From positions 1 to 53,447 of the forward strand of contig JBGUQD010000049.1 of NCBI GenBank assembly GCA_045130755.1: DNA of 53,447 nt. The letters are read 5' to 3'. Positions 1 to 8,238 of the stretch are shown here, one piece after another. A program made the translations under genes and the position numbers. Under the pieces are notes generated by a model. The model was given only the letters and a program-made list of their open reading frames with translations. It was not told the DNA's origin and did not search any database. Every line of letters begins with the position of its first letter. Positions within the stretch are counted from its first letter, which is position 1. This DNA is from Candidatus Limivicinus sp. Its GTDB lineage: Bacteria; Bacillota; Clostridia; Oscillospirales; Oscillospiraceae.

Positions 1-1
1 G

Positions 2-454
2 GTGCAGTGCTGGGGCGTGGTGCCGCTGACCGATATGCTCTCCGTCATCAACACCGACATGATCGCCGAGGAGGACACCCCGGAAAACCGGGAGCAGGCC
101 TATCGCGACATGGCCATGCTGAACATGGAGATGATCATGCGCAACCACACCCACGGCGGCTACAAGGTGCTGCTGGACGACCTGTGGGATCTGTGCGAGA
201 AGATGAACGCCGACGTGGTCATGATGTGGGAGCACATGTCCTGCAAGGCCCTCACCGGCATGCACGGCATGTTCGAGGAGCAGGGCCGCGAGCGCGGCAT
301 CCACGTCATGTGGGTCAGCCACGACCTCTGCGATCCGCGCGTCTTCACCCGTCAGGCCATCCGCGACCAGGTCAACAACTACATGCGCACCGTCATGCGC
401 GAGGAGCCGCTCGACCCGTCGCTGGAGATCATTCCCGACAATGAGGCATACTAA
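2..454 (+). CDS. 2-hydroxyacyl-CoA dehydratase family protein, C-terminal fragment (5' end lies outside the window)
   Basis: ORF 2..454 is open at the window edge. The sequence ...MWEHMSCKALTGMHG...HDLCDPR... resembles the C-terminal part of HgdB/BcrC-type dehydratase subunits (recognised from memory). A hairpin follows at 459-483. Confidence 0.5.
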   Translation: MQCWGVVPLTDMLSVINTDMIAEEDTPENREQAYRDMAMLNMEMIMRNHTHGGYKVLLDDLWDLCEKMNADVVMMWEHMSCKALTGMHGMFEEQGRERGIHVMWVSHDLCDPRVFTRQAIRDQVNNYMRTVMREEPLDPSLEIIPDNEAY

Positions 455-458
455 CCGT

Positions 459-483
459 CAAATGCGAACACGGTTCGCATTTG
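459..483 (+). terminator. Hairpin after the dehydratase fragment (11-bp perfect stem caaatgcgaac/gttcgcatttg, 3-nt loop)
   Basis: Read directly. It sits immediately after the stop at 452-454. The following T-run is weak (atttgattg). Confidence 0.45.
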
Positions 484-640
484 ATTGACTCGCGCTTATC
501 GCGCACGGCGAGGCGTGATACGCCGCGCTTGGTCGGCGCGAGGGTTCGCTTTGCTCACCTATGGTGTTATTGAGGAAGCAAAGCTCCCTCAATAACGGAT
601 TTGAATACTATTTTGGCATTTACGGAAAGAGGAAAGCTCT

Positions 641-811
641 ATGAAAAAATTTTTATTGAGTTTATTGCTTAAGCTCCTGCTGGTGGTGCTGGGCTTCTTC
701 GTGGTGACCTTTACGATGTATTTCTTCAACCTCGACATGAAGGCCACCGCCATGGTCGCCCCGCTGCTTGAAAAGTGGTATGACCGCGTAGAGAGAAAAC
801 AGTATATCTGA
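641..811 (+). CDS. Small hydrophobic protein, 56 aa (below the ORF-track cutoff)
   Basis: ATG at 641 is preceded by ggaaagaggaaag (SD-like). Translation: MKKFLLSLLLKLLLVVLGFFVVTFTMYFFNLDMKATAMVAPLLEKWYDRVERKQYI, one clear TM helix. A hairpin follows at 823-852. The competing 76-aa and 73-aa minus-strand ORFs look non-coding. Confidence 0.45.
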   Translation: MKKFLLSLLLKLLLVVLGFFVVTFTMYFFNLDMKATAMVAPLLEKWYDRVERKQYI

Positions 812-822
812 GATAGCAAACA

Positions 823-852
823 AGCCCGGCGGATCGTGTGACCCGCCGGGCT
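823..852 (+). terminator. Hairpin terminator candidate (agcccggcgg / ccgccgggct, 10-bp stem)
   Basis: Perfect 10-bp GC-rich stem with a 10-nt loop, followed by ttt. Located after the small ORF. Confidence 0.45.
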
Positions 853-953
853 TTGCTGCGCCCCGATAAGTAGTTTTTTTCACATTTCAGATCGCTTGAC
901 AATGGGGAATGAGGCGGGTATCATGGGGTCATCCTTTTTGGAGGGATCAAAAC

Positions 954-2027
954 ATGGAACAATTCCGCGCGTTTCTCAAACGCAAGAATATTGTCTTTTC
1001 CGGCAAGCGCTATGGCATCGACGCCCTCGGCGCCATGGCGCAGGGCCTTTTCTGCTCCCTGCTGATCGGCACGATCATCAAAACCCTCGGCTCTCAGCTC
1101 AAGGTGCAGATGCTCGTCGACATCGGCGCGTATGCCATGGCCGTGTCCGGCCCCGCAATGGCGGTCGCCATCGGCTATGCCCTGCAGGCTCCGCCCATGG
1201 TACTGTTTTCGCTGGCCGCCGTCGGCTGGGCGTCGAACGCGGAGGGCGGCGCGGGCGGCCCGCTGGCCGTTCTGGTTATCGCCATCATCGCCGCCGAGTG
1301 CGGTAAGGCCGTCAGCAAGGAGACCAAGGTCGACCTGCTGGTGACCCCCGCCGTGACCATCATCGTGGGCGTGGCGCTTGCCAAGCTCATTGCCCCGCCC
1401 ATCGGTACGGCGGCCTCCGCCTTCGGCATCATGATCGACCGGGCCACGAAGCTTCAGCCCTTCTGGATGGGCATTGCGGTATCGGTGCTGGTGGGCATCG
1501 CGCTCACTCTGCCGATCTCCTCCGCCGCCATCTGCTCCGTTTTGCAGCTCACCGGCCTTGCGGGCGGCGCTGCGGTGGCGGGCTGCTGCGCCCAGATGGT
1601 GGGCTTCGCGGTCATGAGCTTTCGGGAAAACCGCTGGGGCGGGCTTGTTTCTCAGGGCCTCGGCACCTCGATGCTGCAGATGCCGAACATCATCCGCAAC
1701 CCGCGCGTCTGGATCGCGCCCATCGTGTGCTCTGCCGTGACCGGGCCGCTCGCAACCTGCCTGTTCCGCCTTGAAATGAACGGTGCGCCCATCAACTCCG
1801 GCATGGGCACCTGCGGCCTGTGCGGCCAGATCGGCGTGTGGACCGGCTGGGTCTCCCCGAGCGCCGAGGCGGTTGCCAAGGGTGCCGAGGCGATCAGCCC
1901 CGCGGCCTTTGACTGGCTGGGACTGCTTCTCATCTGCTTTGTCCTGCCCGCGGTTCTCTGCCCGCTCTTGAACGCCGTCTGCCGCAGGCTCGGCTGGGTG
2001 AAGGACGGGGACCTGACCCTCTCCTGA
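954..2027 (+). CDS. PfoR-like / PTS EIIC-related integral membrane protein
   Basis: ORF 909..2027. I prefer ATG 954 (MEQFRAFLKRKNIVFSGKRYGIDALGAMAQGLF...), which has ggaggg 8 nt upstream. Multi-pass Gly/Ala-rich membrane protein. The N-terminus matches my memory of the PfoR (COG3641) family. Confidence 0.7.
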   Translation: MEQFRAFLKRKNIVFSGKRYGIDALGAMAQGLFCSLLIGTIIKTLGSQLKVQMLVDIGAYAMAVSGPAMAVAIGYALQAPPMVLFSLAAVGWASNAEGGAGGPLAVLVIAIIAAECGKAVSKETKVDLLVTPAVTIIVGVALAKLIAPPIGTAASAFGIMIDRATKLQPFWMGIAVSVLVGIALTLPISSAAICSVLQLTGLAGGAAVAGCCAQMVGFAVMSFRENRWGGLVSQGLGTSMLQMPNIIRNPRVWIAPIVCSAVTGPLATCLFRLEMNGAPINSGMGTCGLCGQIGVWTGWVSPSAEAVAKGAEAISPAAFDWLGLLLICFVLPAVLCPLLNAVCRRLGWVKDGDLTLS

Positions 2028-3908
2028 TCAGCGCGCTTTCAGCGCACGCATGGCGTTGAGCACGGCCAGCACCATCACGCCAACATCCGCGAAGATCGCG
2101 GCCCACATCCCGGCAAGACCCAGCGCACCCAGCAGCAGGCAGGCAAACTTCACCGCCAGGGCGAAGACGATGTTCTGGTACACGATACGCAGGCACTTGC
2201 GGGAGATTTTGATGGCCCGCGCGATCTTCATGGGATCGTCGTCCATGAGCACCACGTCGGCCGCCTCGATGGCGGCGTCGGAACCGAGGGCGCCCATGGC
2301 AATGCCGATATCGGCGCGGGAGAGGACGGGGGCGTCGTTGATGCCGTCGCCCACGAAGGCAAGCTTGCCTTTCCCGCCGCGAAGCTCCTCCAGCAGCGCT
2401 TCGACCTTTTCCACCTTGTCGCCGGGCAAGAGCTCGCTGTGATATTCGTCGATGCCCACGCGCTCGGCCACCTGCTTTGCCGCGCTCTCCGCGTCGCCGG
2501 TGAGCATGACGGTCCGCGTCACGCCCGCCTCGCGCAGAGCCTTGAGCGCGTCAACGATATCCTCTTTCTCCAGATCCGAAATGAGGATGTGCCCGGCGTA
2601 ATTCCCGTCGAGCGCAACATGGATCACCGTGCCCGCGCTGCGGCAGGGAATGTACTCCACGCCCAGCTTCTGCATGAGTTTGTCGTTTCCGGCGGCTACG
2701 GCTACCCCGTCCACTTTGGCGGTAACGCCGTGGCCGCTGATTTCCTCGATATCCTGAACCCGACTCCGGTCGGGTTCTTTTCCGTAGTGGCGGCGGAGGC
2801 TCTGGCTGATGGGATGGGAGGAGGCACACTCGGCCAGGGCCGCGTACTCGATGACCTCATCCTCGCTCCGCCTGCTGTGGTGTACGCCGCTGACCTCAAA
2901 CACACCCTTCGTGATGGTGCCGGTCTTGTCGAAGACCACGGTCTTTACCTGCGACAGGGTCTCCAGATAGTTCGAGCCCTTGACGAGGATGCCCTCGCGG
3001 CTGGCCCCGCCGATGCCCGCAAAGAAGCTCAGCGGGATGGAGATCACGAGCGCGCAGGGGCAGCTGATTACCAGGAAGGTGAGGGCGCGGTAAGCCCAGG
3101 TGCCGAAATCGGCGGGCATGCCCAGCGCGAGCCTGACAAGCGGCGGCAGCAGGGCCAGCGCCAGCGCGCTGTAACACACGGCGGGGGTATAGATCCTCGC
3201 AAACCTGGAGATGAAGTTTTCCGAACGGGACTTGTTGGAACTGGAGTTTTCGACCAGCTCCAGAATTTTGCTCACGGTGGACTCGCCAAACTCCTTTTCG
3301 GTGCGGATGCGCAGCACGCCGTTTAAGTTGATGCAGCCGCTGATGACCTCGTCGCCGGGGGCTGCGTCGCGCGGCACGCTCTCGCCGGTGAGGGCGGCGG
3401 TGTTGAGGCTGGATGAGCCCTCCAAAACCACGCCGTCGATGGGCACACGCTCACCGGGCTGCACCACGATGACGCTGCCGACCTCGACCTCGTCGGGATC
3501 GACCTGCTCGAGCCTGCCGTCCACTTCGATATTGGCGTAGTCCGGGCGGATGTCCATGAGGGCCGCGATGCTGCGGCGGCTCTTGCCGACGGCGATGCCC
3601 TGAAACAGCTCGCCGATCTGATAAAAGAGCATGACGGCCACAGCCTCGTTGAAGTCGCCGTTTCCGTCGGCAACGGCAAGGCCGATGGCGCCCAGAGTGG
3701 CGACTGCCATGAGGAAGTTTTCGTCAAAGACCTGCCGGTGCGCAACGCCCAGCGCAGCTTTGCGCAGGATGTCCCAGCCCACCGTAAAGTAGGCCGCGGC
3801 GTACACGATGTACTTTGCCCACATCGGCAGCGGCAGCAGATTTACAAGGATCAGCAGCGCAGCGGCGATCAGGATGCGGTAAAGCATCTTTTTCTGTTTT
3901 CTGTTCAT
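2028..3908 (-). CDS. Heavy-metal translocating P1B-type ATPase (Zn/Cd/Pb-type), without an N-terminal HMA domain
   Basis: ORF 2028..3953. The start is taken at MNRKQKK (ATG 3908, GGAGAG SD). Motifs seen: SCPCALVIS (CPC), FDKTGTIT, MLTGD, VGDGINDAP, and FADVGV in the last TM segment (the DxG typical of the Zn/Cd subgroup). Confidence 0.93.
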   Translation of the reverse strand: MNRKQKKMLYRILIAAALLILVNLLPLPMWAKYIVYAAAYFTVGWDILRKAALGVAHRQVFDENFLMAVATLGAIGLAVADGNGDFNEAVAVMLFYQIGELFQGIAVGKSRRSIAALMDIRPDYANIEVDGRLEQVDPDEVEVGSVIVVQPGERVPIDGVVLEGSSSLNTAALTGESVPRDAAPGDEVISGCINLNGVLRIRTEKEFGESTVSKILELVENSSSNKSRSENFISRFARIYTPAVCYSALALALLPPLVRLALGMPADFGTWAYRALTFLVISCPCALVISIPLSFFAGIGGASREGILVKGSNYLETLSQVKTVVFDKTGTITKGVFEVSGVHHSRRSEDEVIEYAALAECASSHPISQSLRRHYGKEPDRSRVQDIEEISGHGVTAKVDGVAVAAGNDKLMQKLGVEYIPCRSAGTVIHVALDGNYAGHILISDLEKEDIVDALKALREAGVTRTVMLTGDAESAAKQVAERVGIDEYHSELLPGDKVEKVEALLEELRGGKGKLAFVGDGINDAPVLSRADIGIAMGALGSDAAIEAADVVLMDDDPMKIARAIKISRKCLRIVYQNIVFALAVKFACLLLGALGLAGMWAAIFADVGVMVLAVLNAMRALKAR

Positions 3909-3990
3909 GATATTTTCTCTCCAAAAAAAAGCCACAGAGAGTCTTCCTGCCACTGGCGCGGCAATCCGTAGCTCTTTGCGGCTGCAGGCA

Positions 3991-4209
3991 TTAAAATTCG
4001 ATTTCGCAGTCGGGCTCTACCTTGCGGCAGGCCTTGAGCACGTCCTTCATGACCGTCCTGGGTTCGGCCCCGTCCTCAAATTCCACGGTCATTTTGAGGG
4101 CCATGAAGCTCACCACCGCGTCCTTGACGCCGGGGGTCTTATTTGCCGCCTGCTCCATGAGGTTTGCGCAGTTGGCGCAGTCCACTTCGATCTTATAGCT
4201 CTTTTTCAT
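3991..4209 (-). CDS. Stand-alone heavy-metal-associated (HMA) domain protein
   Basis: 72 aa, MKKSYKIEVDCANCANLMEQ... The CxxC (CANC) metal site sits in the usual position of a ferredoxin-like HMA fold. GGAGGA SD. Directly upstream of the ATPase. Confidence 0.85.
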   Translation of the reverse strand: MKKSYKIEVDCANCANLMEQAANKTPGVKDAVVSFMALKMTVEFEDGAEPRTVMKDVLKACRKVEPDCEIEF

Positions 4210-4249
4210 ATCCGAATCCTCCTGTCAAAACAAAATTTCGATTAAGTAA

Positions 4250-4278
4250 TTGTTTAATCTTTATGACCGGAGTATAAT
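4250..4278 (+). promoter_or_regulatory. Sigma-A type promoter for the ArsR-AraC regulator (ttgttt -17- tataat)
   Basis: -35 at 4250-4255, 17-nt spacer, -10 at 4273-4278. Consensus match only. Confidence 0.5.
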
Positions 4279-4299
4279 GCGATAAACAACAAAAGTCAA
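4271..4299 (-). promoter_or_regulatory. Sigma-A type promoter for the HMA-ATPase operon (ttgact -17- tatact on the minus strand), overlapping the divergent promoter
   Basis: Minus-strand -35 corresponds to plus coordinates 4294-4299 and the -10 to 4271-4276. The two -10 boxes share the sequence agtataat. Confidence 0.5.
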
Positions 4300-4370
4300 C
4301 GCCCGAGGCTGAGTCCCTTCCGAAAGGGAGAAAAGGATTTCCAATCGGGCGCATGGGAAAGGATTCGGAT

Positions 4371-5096
4371 ATGAATATTGAGCTTATGCCCCACGATCAC
4401 GGCAATGTGCAGTGGGCGGCAGCCTTGCACAAGCAGCTCCGGCGCGGCGGCAGCTTTGACGCCGTGGCGGAGATTTTCCGCCTCCTGGACGACGGCAGCC
4501 GCGTGCGCATCTTCTGGCTGCTGTGCCATTGCGAGGAATGCGTACTGAACATCTCGGCGCTTACGGAGATGTCGAGCCCGGCGGCCTCCCACCATCTGCG
4601 CCTGCTGAAGGATGCGGGTCTGGTCGAGACGAGACGTGAGGGCAAAGAGGTCTACTACCGCGCCGCCGACACCCCGACGGTAAAGCTGCTGCACAACATG
4701 ATCGAGAAGACGATGGAAATCTCCTGCCCGGAGATGGGAGAGGGCGCGGACAGCGCGGCGGGCTTTACGGCAGAGCAGATAGAGACCGTGCGCCGCATGC
4801 ATGACGAGCTGCTGCTGCACCCCGAGCAGCGCCCCACCATCGAGGAGCTCTCGCGCCGCTGTCTCATGAATCCGACCACCCTCAAGGCGGTGTTCAAGGC
4901 GGTGTACGGGGATTCGCTGGCCGCGCACATGAAGGAGCACCGCCTGGAGAAAGCGGCGGAGCTTCTGCGGCATGGGGACGAGAGCGTCGCCGAGATTGCC
5001 GCAGCTGTCGGCTACGACAGCGCCAGCCGCTTTTCAGCCGCCTTTCGGGAACGTTTCCACATGCTCCCTACAGAATACCGCAGGCAATTGAAATAA
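4371..5096 (+). CDS. Fusion transcriptional regulator: ArsR/SmtB-type metal-sensing wHTH plus C-terminal AraC-type HTH
   Basis: ORF 4353..5096. The N-terminal half has LLCHCEECVLNISALTEMSSPAASHHLRLLKDAGLV (ArsR recognition helix with a Cys cluster). The C-terminal ~100 aa has TIEELSRRCLMNPTTLKAVFK...VAEIAAAVGYDSASRFSAAFRERF (AraC HTH). I prefer the start at ATG 4371 because its 15-nt initiation region is identical to that of the HMA gene. ATG 4353 remains possible. Confidence 0.85.
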   Translation: MNIELMPHDHGNVQWAAALHKQLRRGGSFDAVAEIFRLLDDGSRVRIFWLLCHCEECVLNISALTEMSSPAASHHLRLLKDAGLVETRREGKEVYYRAADTPTVKLLHNMIEKTMEISCPEMGEGADSAAGFTAEQIETVRRMHDELLLHPEQRPTIEELSRRCLMNPTTLKAVFKAVYGDSLAAHMKEHRLEKAAELLRHGDESVAEIAAAVGYDSASRFSAAFRERFHMLPTEYRRQLK

Positions 5097-5207
5097 GCCC
5101 TTGAGGTATACATAAAACAAAATAATAAATATTATGTTAAACTATCACGTGATAGAGACTGCTCATCGTCGTCACCCGCATCCCCGGTGCAGCATCCGAT
5201 ATAAAAA

Positions 5208-5230
5208 GACGCACGGCTCAGCCGTGCGTC
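5208..5230. terminator. Bidirectional intrinsic terminator (gacgcacggc tca gccgtgcgtc)
   Basis: Perfect 10-bp stem flanked by an A-run and a T-run. It lies between the convergent regulator and SDR genes. Confidence 0.75.
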
Positions 5231-5241
5231 TTTCTTGTCCG

Positions 5242-5973
5242 TTATATGATCGGAAAGCCGCCATCTACGTGCAGGACCTGGCCGGTGACGTAGGACGCAC
5301 CTGCAAGGTAGCACACCGCGCGGGAAACTTCTTCCGGCGTGCCGAGACGGCCCAGCGGAATCTCCTGCGCCAGCATGCTGAGCGTCTCCTGGCCCAGCAC
5401 CTGCACCATGTCCGTGTCGATCACGCCGGGAGCCACCGCGTTGACGCGGATGCCGCTGGGGGCAAGCTCGGCCGCCAGTGAGCGCGTAAGCCCGATGATG
5501 GCATGCTTGGTGGAGGAATAGGTCACCTCGCACGAGGCGCCGTGGCTGCCCCAGATGGAGGACATGTTGATGATGCAGCCGGAATGCTCATGCAGCATCG
5601 AGGGCAGTACCGCCTGGATCGTGTTGTAGCAGCCGCCGAGGTTCACCGCAAAGACCCGGTCCCAGGTGGCGCGGTCGATATCCTGAAAGAGCTGCTGTCT
5701 GGCGATGCCCGCGTTGTTGACGAGCAGCGTGACTTTTCCGAGTTCTTTTTCCGTCTTCGCGACCATGGCCTTTACCGCTTCAGGGTCAGCCACGTCCGCC
5801 TGTACCCAGATGGCGTCGGCACCCTCAGCGCGCAGCTTTTGGCACAATGCCTCCGCCAGGTCTGCACGCTCGACACAGTTGATGCACACGGCCCAGCCTT
5901 CCCGGGCCAGCGCCTCAGCGCAGGCCCTGCCGATGCCGCGGGAGGAGCCGGTGATGAGCGCGACCTTTCTCAT
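5242..5973 (-). CDS. SDR family oxidoreductase (FabG-like 3-oxoacyl reductase)
   Basis: This is the C-terminal 243 aa of the run-on ORF 5242..6876, starting at MRKVALITGSSRGIG. Motifs: TGxxxGIG, NNAG and YSSTK (YxxxK). The ATG at 5973 overlaps the upstream stop (ATGA). Confidence 0.9.
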   Translation of the reverse strand: MRKVALITGSSRGIGRACAEALAREGWAVCINCVERADLAEALCQKLRAEGADAIWVQADVADPEAVKAMVAKTEKELGKVTLLVNNAGIARQQLFQDIDRATWDRVFAVNLGGCYNTIQAVLPSMLHEHSGCIINMSSIWGSHGASCEVTYSSTKHAIIGLTRSLAAELAPSGIRVNAVAPGVIDTDMVQVLGQETLSMLAQEIPLGRLGTPEEVSRAVCYLAGASYVTGQVLHVDGGFPII

Positions 5974-6797
5974 TCCTCGACCTCCTCGCCCAGGTGTCCG
6001 GCAATCCGATTGCGGCAGCAGGCGGAGAGCTCCTGCGTGCTCATGGCCTTGACCTTCTCGGCGGGGATCACTTCCAGAATGTCGAGGTTCACAACGGTGC
6101 GGCGGAAGGGGAAGTTCCTGCCCACCTTTTCGCTGCCCTGGATGGCGGCGACCACAACGGGGGCATTGCCGCGCTGGGCGATCTTGAAGGAGCCCGCGTG
6201 GAAGGGGAGGAGCTTGCCGGTTTTGGTGCGCGTGCCCTCGGGATAGAGCCCGATGGAGCAGACGCCGCGCTTGAGAAGGTCCGCCGCCTTGAGGATGGCC
6301 TTCAGGGCCTCGCGGTCGTTTTCCCGGTCGATGGCGAGAAAGCACGCGCCCCAGGCGAGCCGCGCAATCCCCGGCAGCTTCATGTTCGAGGGCTTGGAGA
6401 GAAAGGCGATGTTGCAATCGCGAAGCCTGTCCGCCGTAACCACCGGGTCGAAGGCGGAGCGGTGGTTGCACACCCAGAGAAAGCGCCCCTCCTGCGGCAG
6501 CAGATCCTGCCCGCTGACAACGCAGTGCACGCGCCCCCAGGAGCACAGCCATTCCGCGATGATGGCGCAGCCGCCACGGCAGATAGCGCTCTGGTTTTCG
6601 ACCGGGCCTTTGCTGCCCGCCGTCAGGGCGACGATGTACCAGAAGATGACAAAGAGCAGGTTCACGGCGACGAAGGCTCCCAGGCAGACGAGCAGCGCCT
6701 GCCACCAGACGAGCCCGGCGCCAAACGCGCCGCAGCCGACGCCGATGGCGGCGCAGATCATGCACGCCATGACCAACCCGGACGTATTTCTGTGCAT
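5970..6797 (-). CDS. plsC: 1-acyl-sn-glycerol-3-phosphate acyltransferase (LPLAT family)
   Basis: ORF 5970..6797. It has N-terminal TM helices, the NHRSAFD (HX4D) motif and the YPEGTR motif. Translationally coupled to the SDR gene. Confidence 0.88.
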   Translation of the reverse strand: MHRNTSGLVMACMICAAIGVGCGAFGAGLVWWQALLVCLGAFVAVNLLFVIFWYIVALTAGSKGPVENQSAICRGGCAIIAEWLCSWGRVHCVVSGQDLLPQEGRFLWVCNHRSAFDPVVTADRLRDCNIAFLSKPSNMKLPGIARLAWGACFLAIDRENDREALKAILKAADLLKRGVCSIGLYPEGTRTKTGKLLPFHAGSFKIAQRGNAPVVVAAIQGSEKVGRNFPFRRTVVNLDILEVIPAEKVKAMSTQELSACCRNRIAGHLGEEVEE

Positions 6798-7102
6798 ATC
6801 GAATCACTTCCAAATCATAATGAATATACCGGACAGCAGCACCTGACCGGCGGCAGCTGTTCCCGACATGCAGCACGGCAGAAGCGGTACGGAAAAATGT
6901 GACGTTCCGGAACTATCCCTTGACGAAATCGGGGAAAAAGAGGATAATGCTATTAAATATTTACAAACCCAACAGCGATGCTCCGGCCCTTGATGTGAAC
7001 GGCACATCATGTGTATTATAACGGTTTGGCAAAAAAATTCAAGCATCTGTTCCGTATCGGATCCCGGTCAGGTGTATAAGCTGTGACAGGAGGCGGAAAG
7101 CT

Positions 7103-7456
7103 ATGAGCGAGGACTATATCCTTCTCCGGCGCGGCAGTGACATGCCTGACGGCACTGACTTCTGCCTGCGGCTGGACAATGACTGTATGGAGCCCTTCCT
7201 TAAAAAAGGCGAGCTCGTCTGTATCGACCGGCACGAAACGCCGGAGGAGATGCAGCCGGGACTGTTTTATTATCAGGGGCGTGTCCTGTGCCGCCAGTGG
7301 TGCGAGGACAGCAGAGGCACACTGTACCTGCTGTGCGCCAATCCCAAGCGGGAAAGCGAAAACCTGACCCTCGGCCGCGCCGAGAAAGGAGCCTGTCTCT
7401 GCCTCGGCCGTGTGATTCTGGATAAAAAACTACCCATGCCCGTTTATCAGACTTAA
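7103..7456 (+). CDS. Stand-alone S24 (LexA/UmuD-like) peptidase-fold protein, probably with substituted catalytic residues
   Basis: 117 aa with an aggagg SD. FCLRLDNDCMEPFLKKGELVCI aligns by eye to LexA [23 protein letters not shown]. There is no HTH domain. Confidence 0.7.
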   Translation: MSEDYILLRRGSDMPDGTDFCLRLDNDCMEPFLKKGELVCIDRHETPEEMQPGLFYYQGRVLCRQWCEDSRGTLYLLCANPKRESENLTLGRAEKGACLCLGRVILDKKLPMPVYQT

Positions 7457-7563
7457 TTCAAAAGCAACTACAGAATATAGTGAAATATACCGCGAATTTT
7501 TCATAATGCTTTAAGATTGAGGCAGTATAATCTTTCAGAGAATCAGTACAGGAGCTGAGATAT

Positions 7564-8238
7564 ATGAAAATTCTGATCATCGAAGATGAAAAAATGCTGG
7601 CCGACTCCATCAAAACCATGCTGGAGGGACGCGGCTTCCAGGCGGAAGCCGTGTACGACGGCGAGACCGGCGCTGATTATGCCGAGCTCGGGATCTATGA
7701 TCTGCTGATCCTGGACGTGATGATGCCGAAAATGGACGGCTATCAGGTTGCGCGGCGTGTTCGTTCCCAGCGATGCGGCACGCCGATCCTGATGCTGACG
7801 GCGCGCTCGAGCGTGGAGGACCGGATTGAGGGTCTCAACGCGGGCGCCGACTATTATCTGACCAAGCCCTTTGATATGCGCGAGCTGTTGGCCTGCATCA
7901 ACGCGCTCCTTCGCCGCCAGGGAAATCAGGTGGACGAGATGGTGTTCGGCAACACCGCGCTGGATCTGGCGACGTCTATGCTCATCTGCGGCGAGAAGAG
8001 CGTGCGTCTGTCCGCCAAGGAGTTTGACGTGATGCGTCTGCTGCTGCAGTACAAGGACAAGAACCTCTCCAAGGAGGTCATTCTCGCCAAGGTCTGGGGC
8101 TATGACTCCAACGCGGTTGAGAACCATGTGGAGGTCTATGTGGGCTTCCTGCGCAAGAAGCTCAGGAGCATCGGCTCCAATGTCCGAATCGAGGCTCTGC
8201 GCAGACTCGGCTATCATCTGGAGGCTGACGAAGCTTGA
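7564..8238 (+). CDS. OmpR-family response regulator
   Basis: REC domain (LLILDVMMPKMDG, LTKPF) plus a winged-helix trans_reg_C domain (VEVYVGFLRKKL...GYHLE). Confidence 0.93.
   Translation: MKILIIEDEKMLADSIKTMLEGRGFQAEAVYDGETGADYAELGIYDLLILDVMMPKMDGYQVARRVRSQRCGTPILMLTARSSVEDRIEGLNAGADYYLTKPFDMRELLACINALLRRQGNQVDEMVFGNTALDLATSMLICGEKSVRLSAKEFDVMRLLLQYKDKNLSKEVILAKVWGYDSNAVENHVEVYVGFLRKKLRSIGSNVRIEALRRLGYHLEADEA

Noticed and set aside
5242-6876. 544-aa run-on ORF
   Set aside because: Only the C-terminal 243 aa (from MRKVALITGSSRGIG, ATG 5973) look like a protein. The N-terminal part is the out-of-frame overlap with the plsC gene (5970..6797), which has its own motifs.
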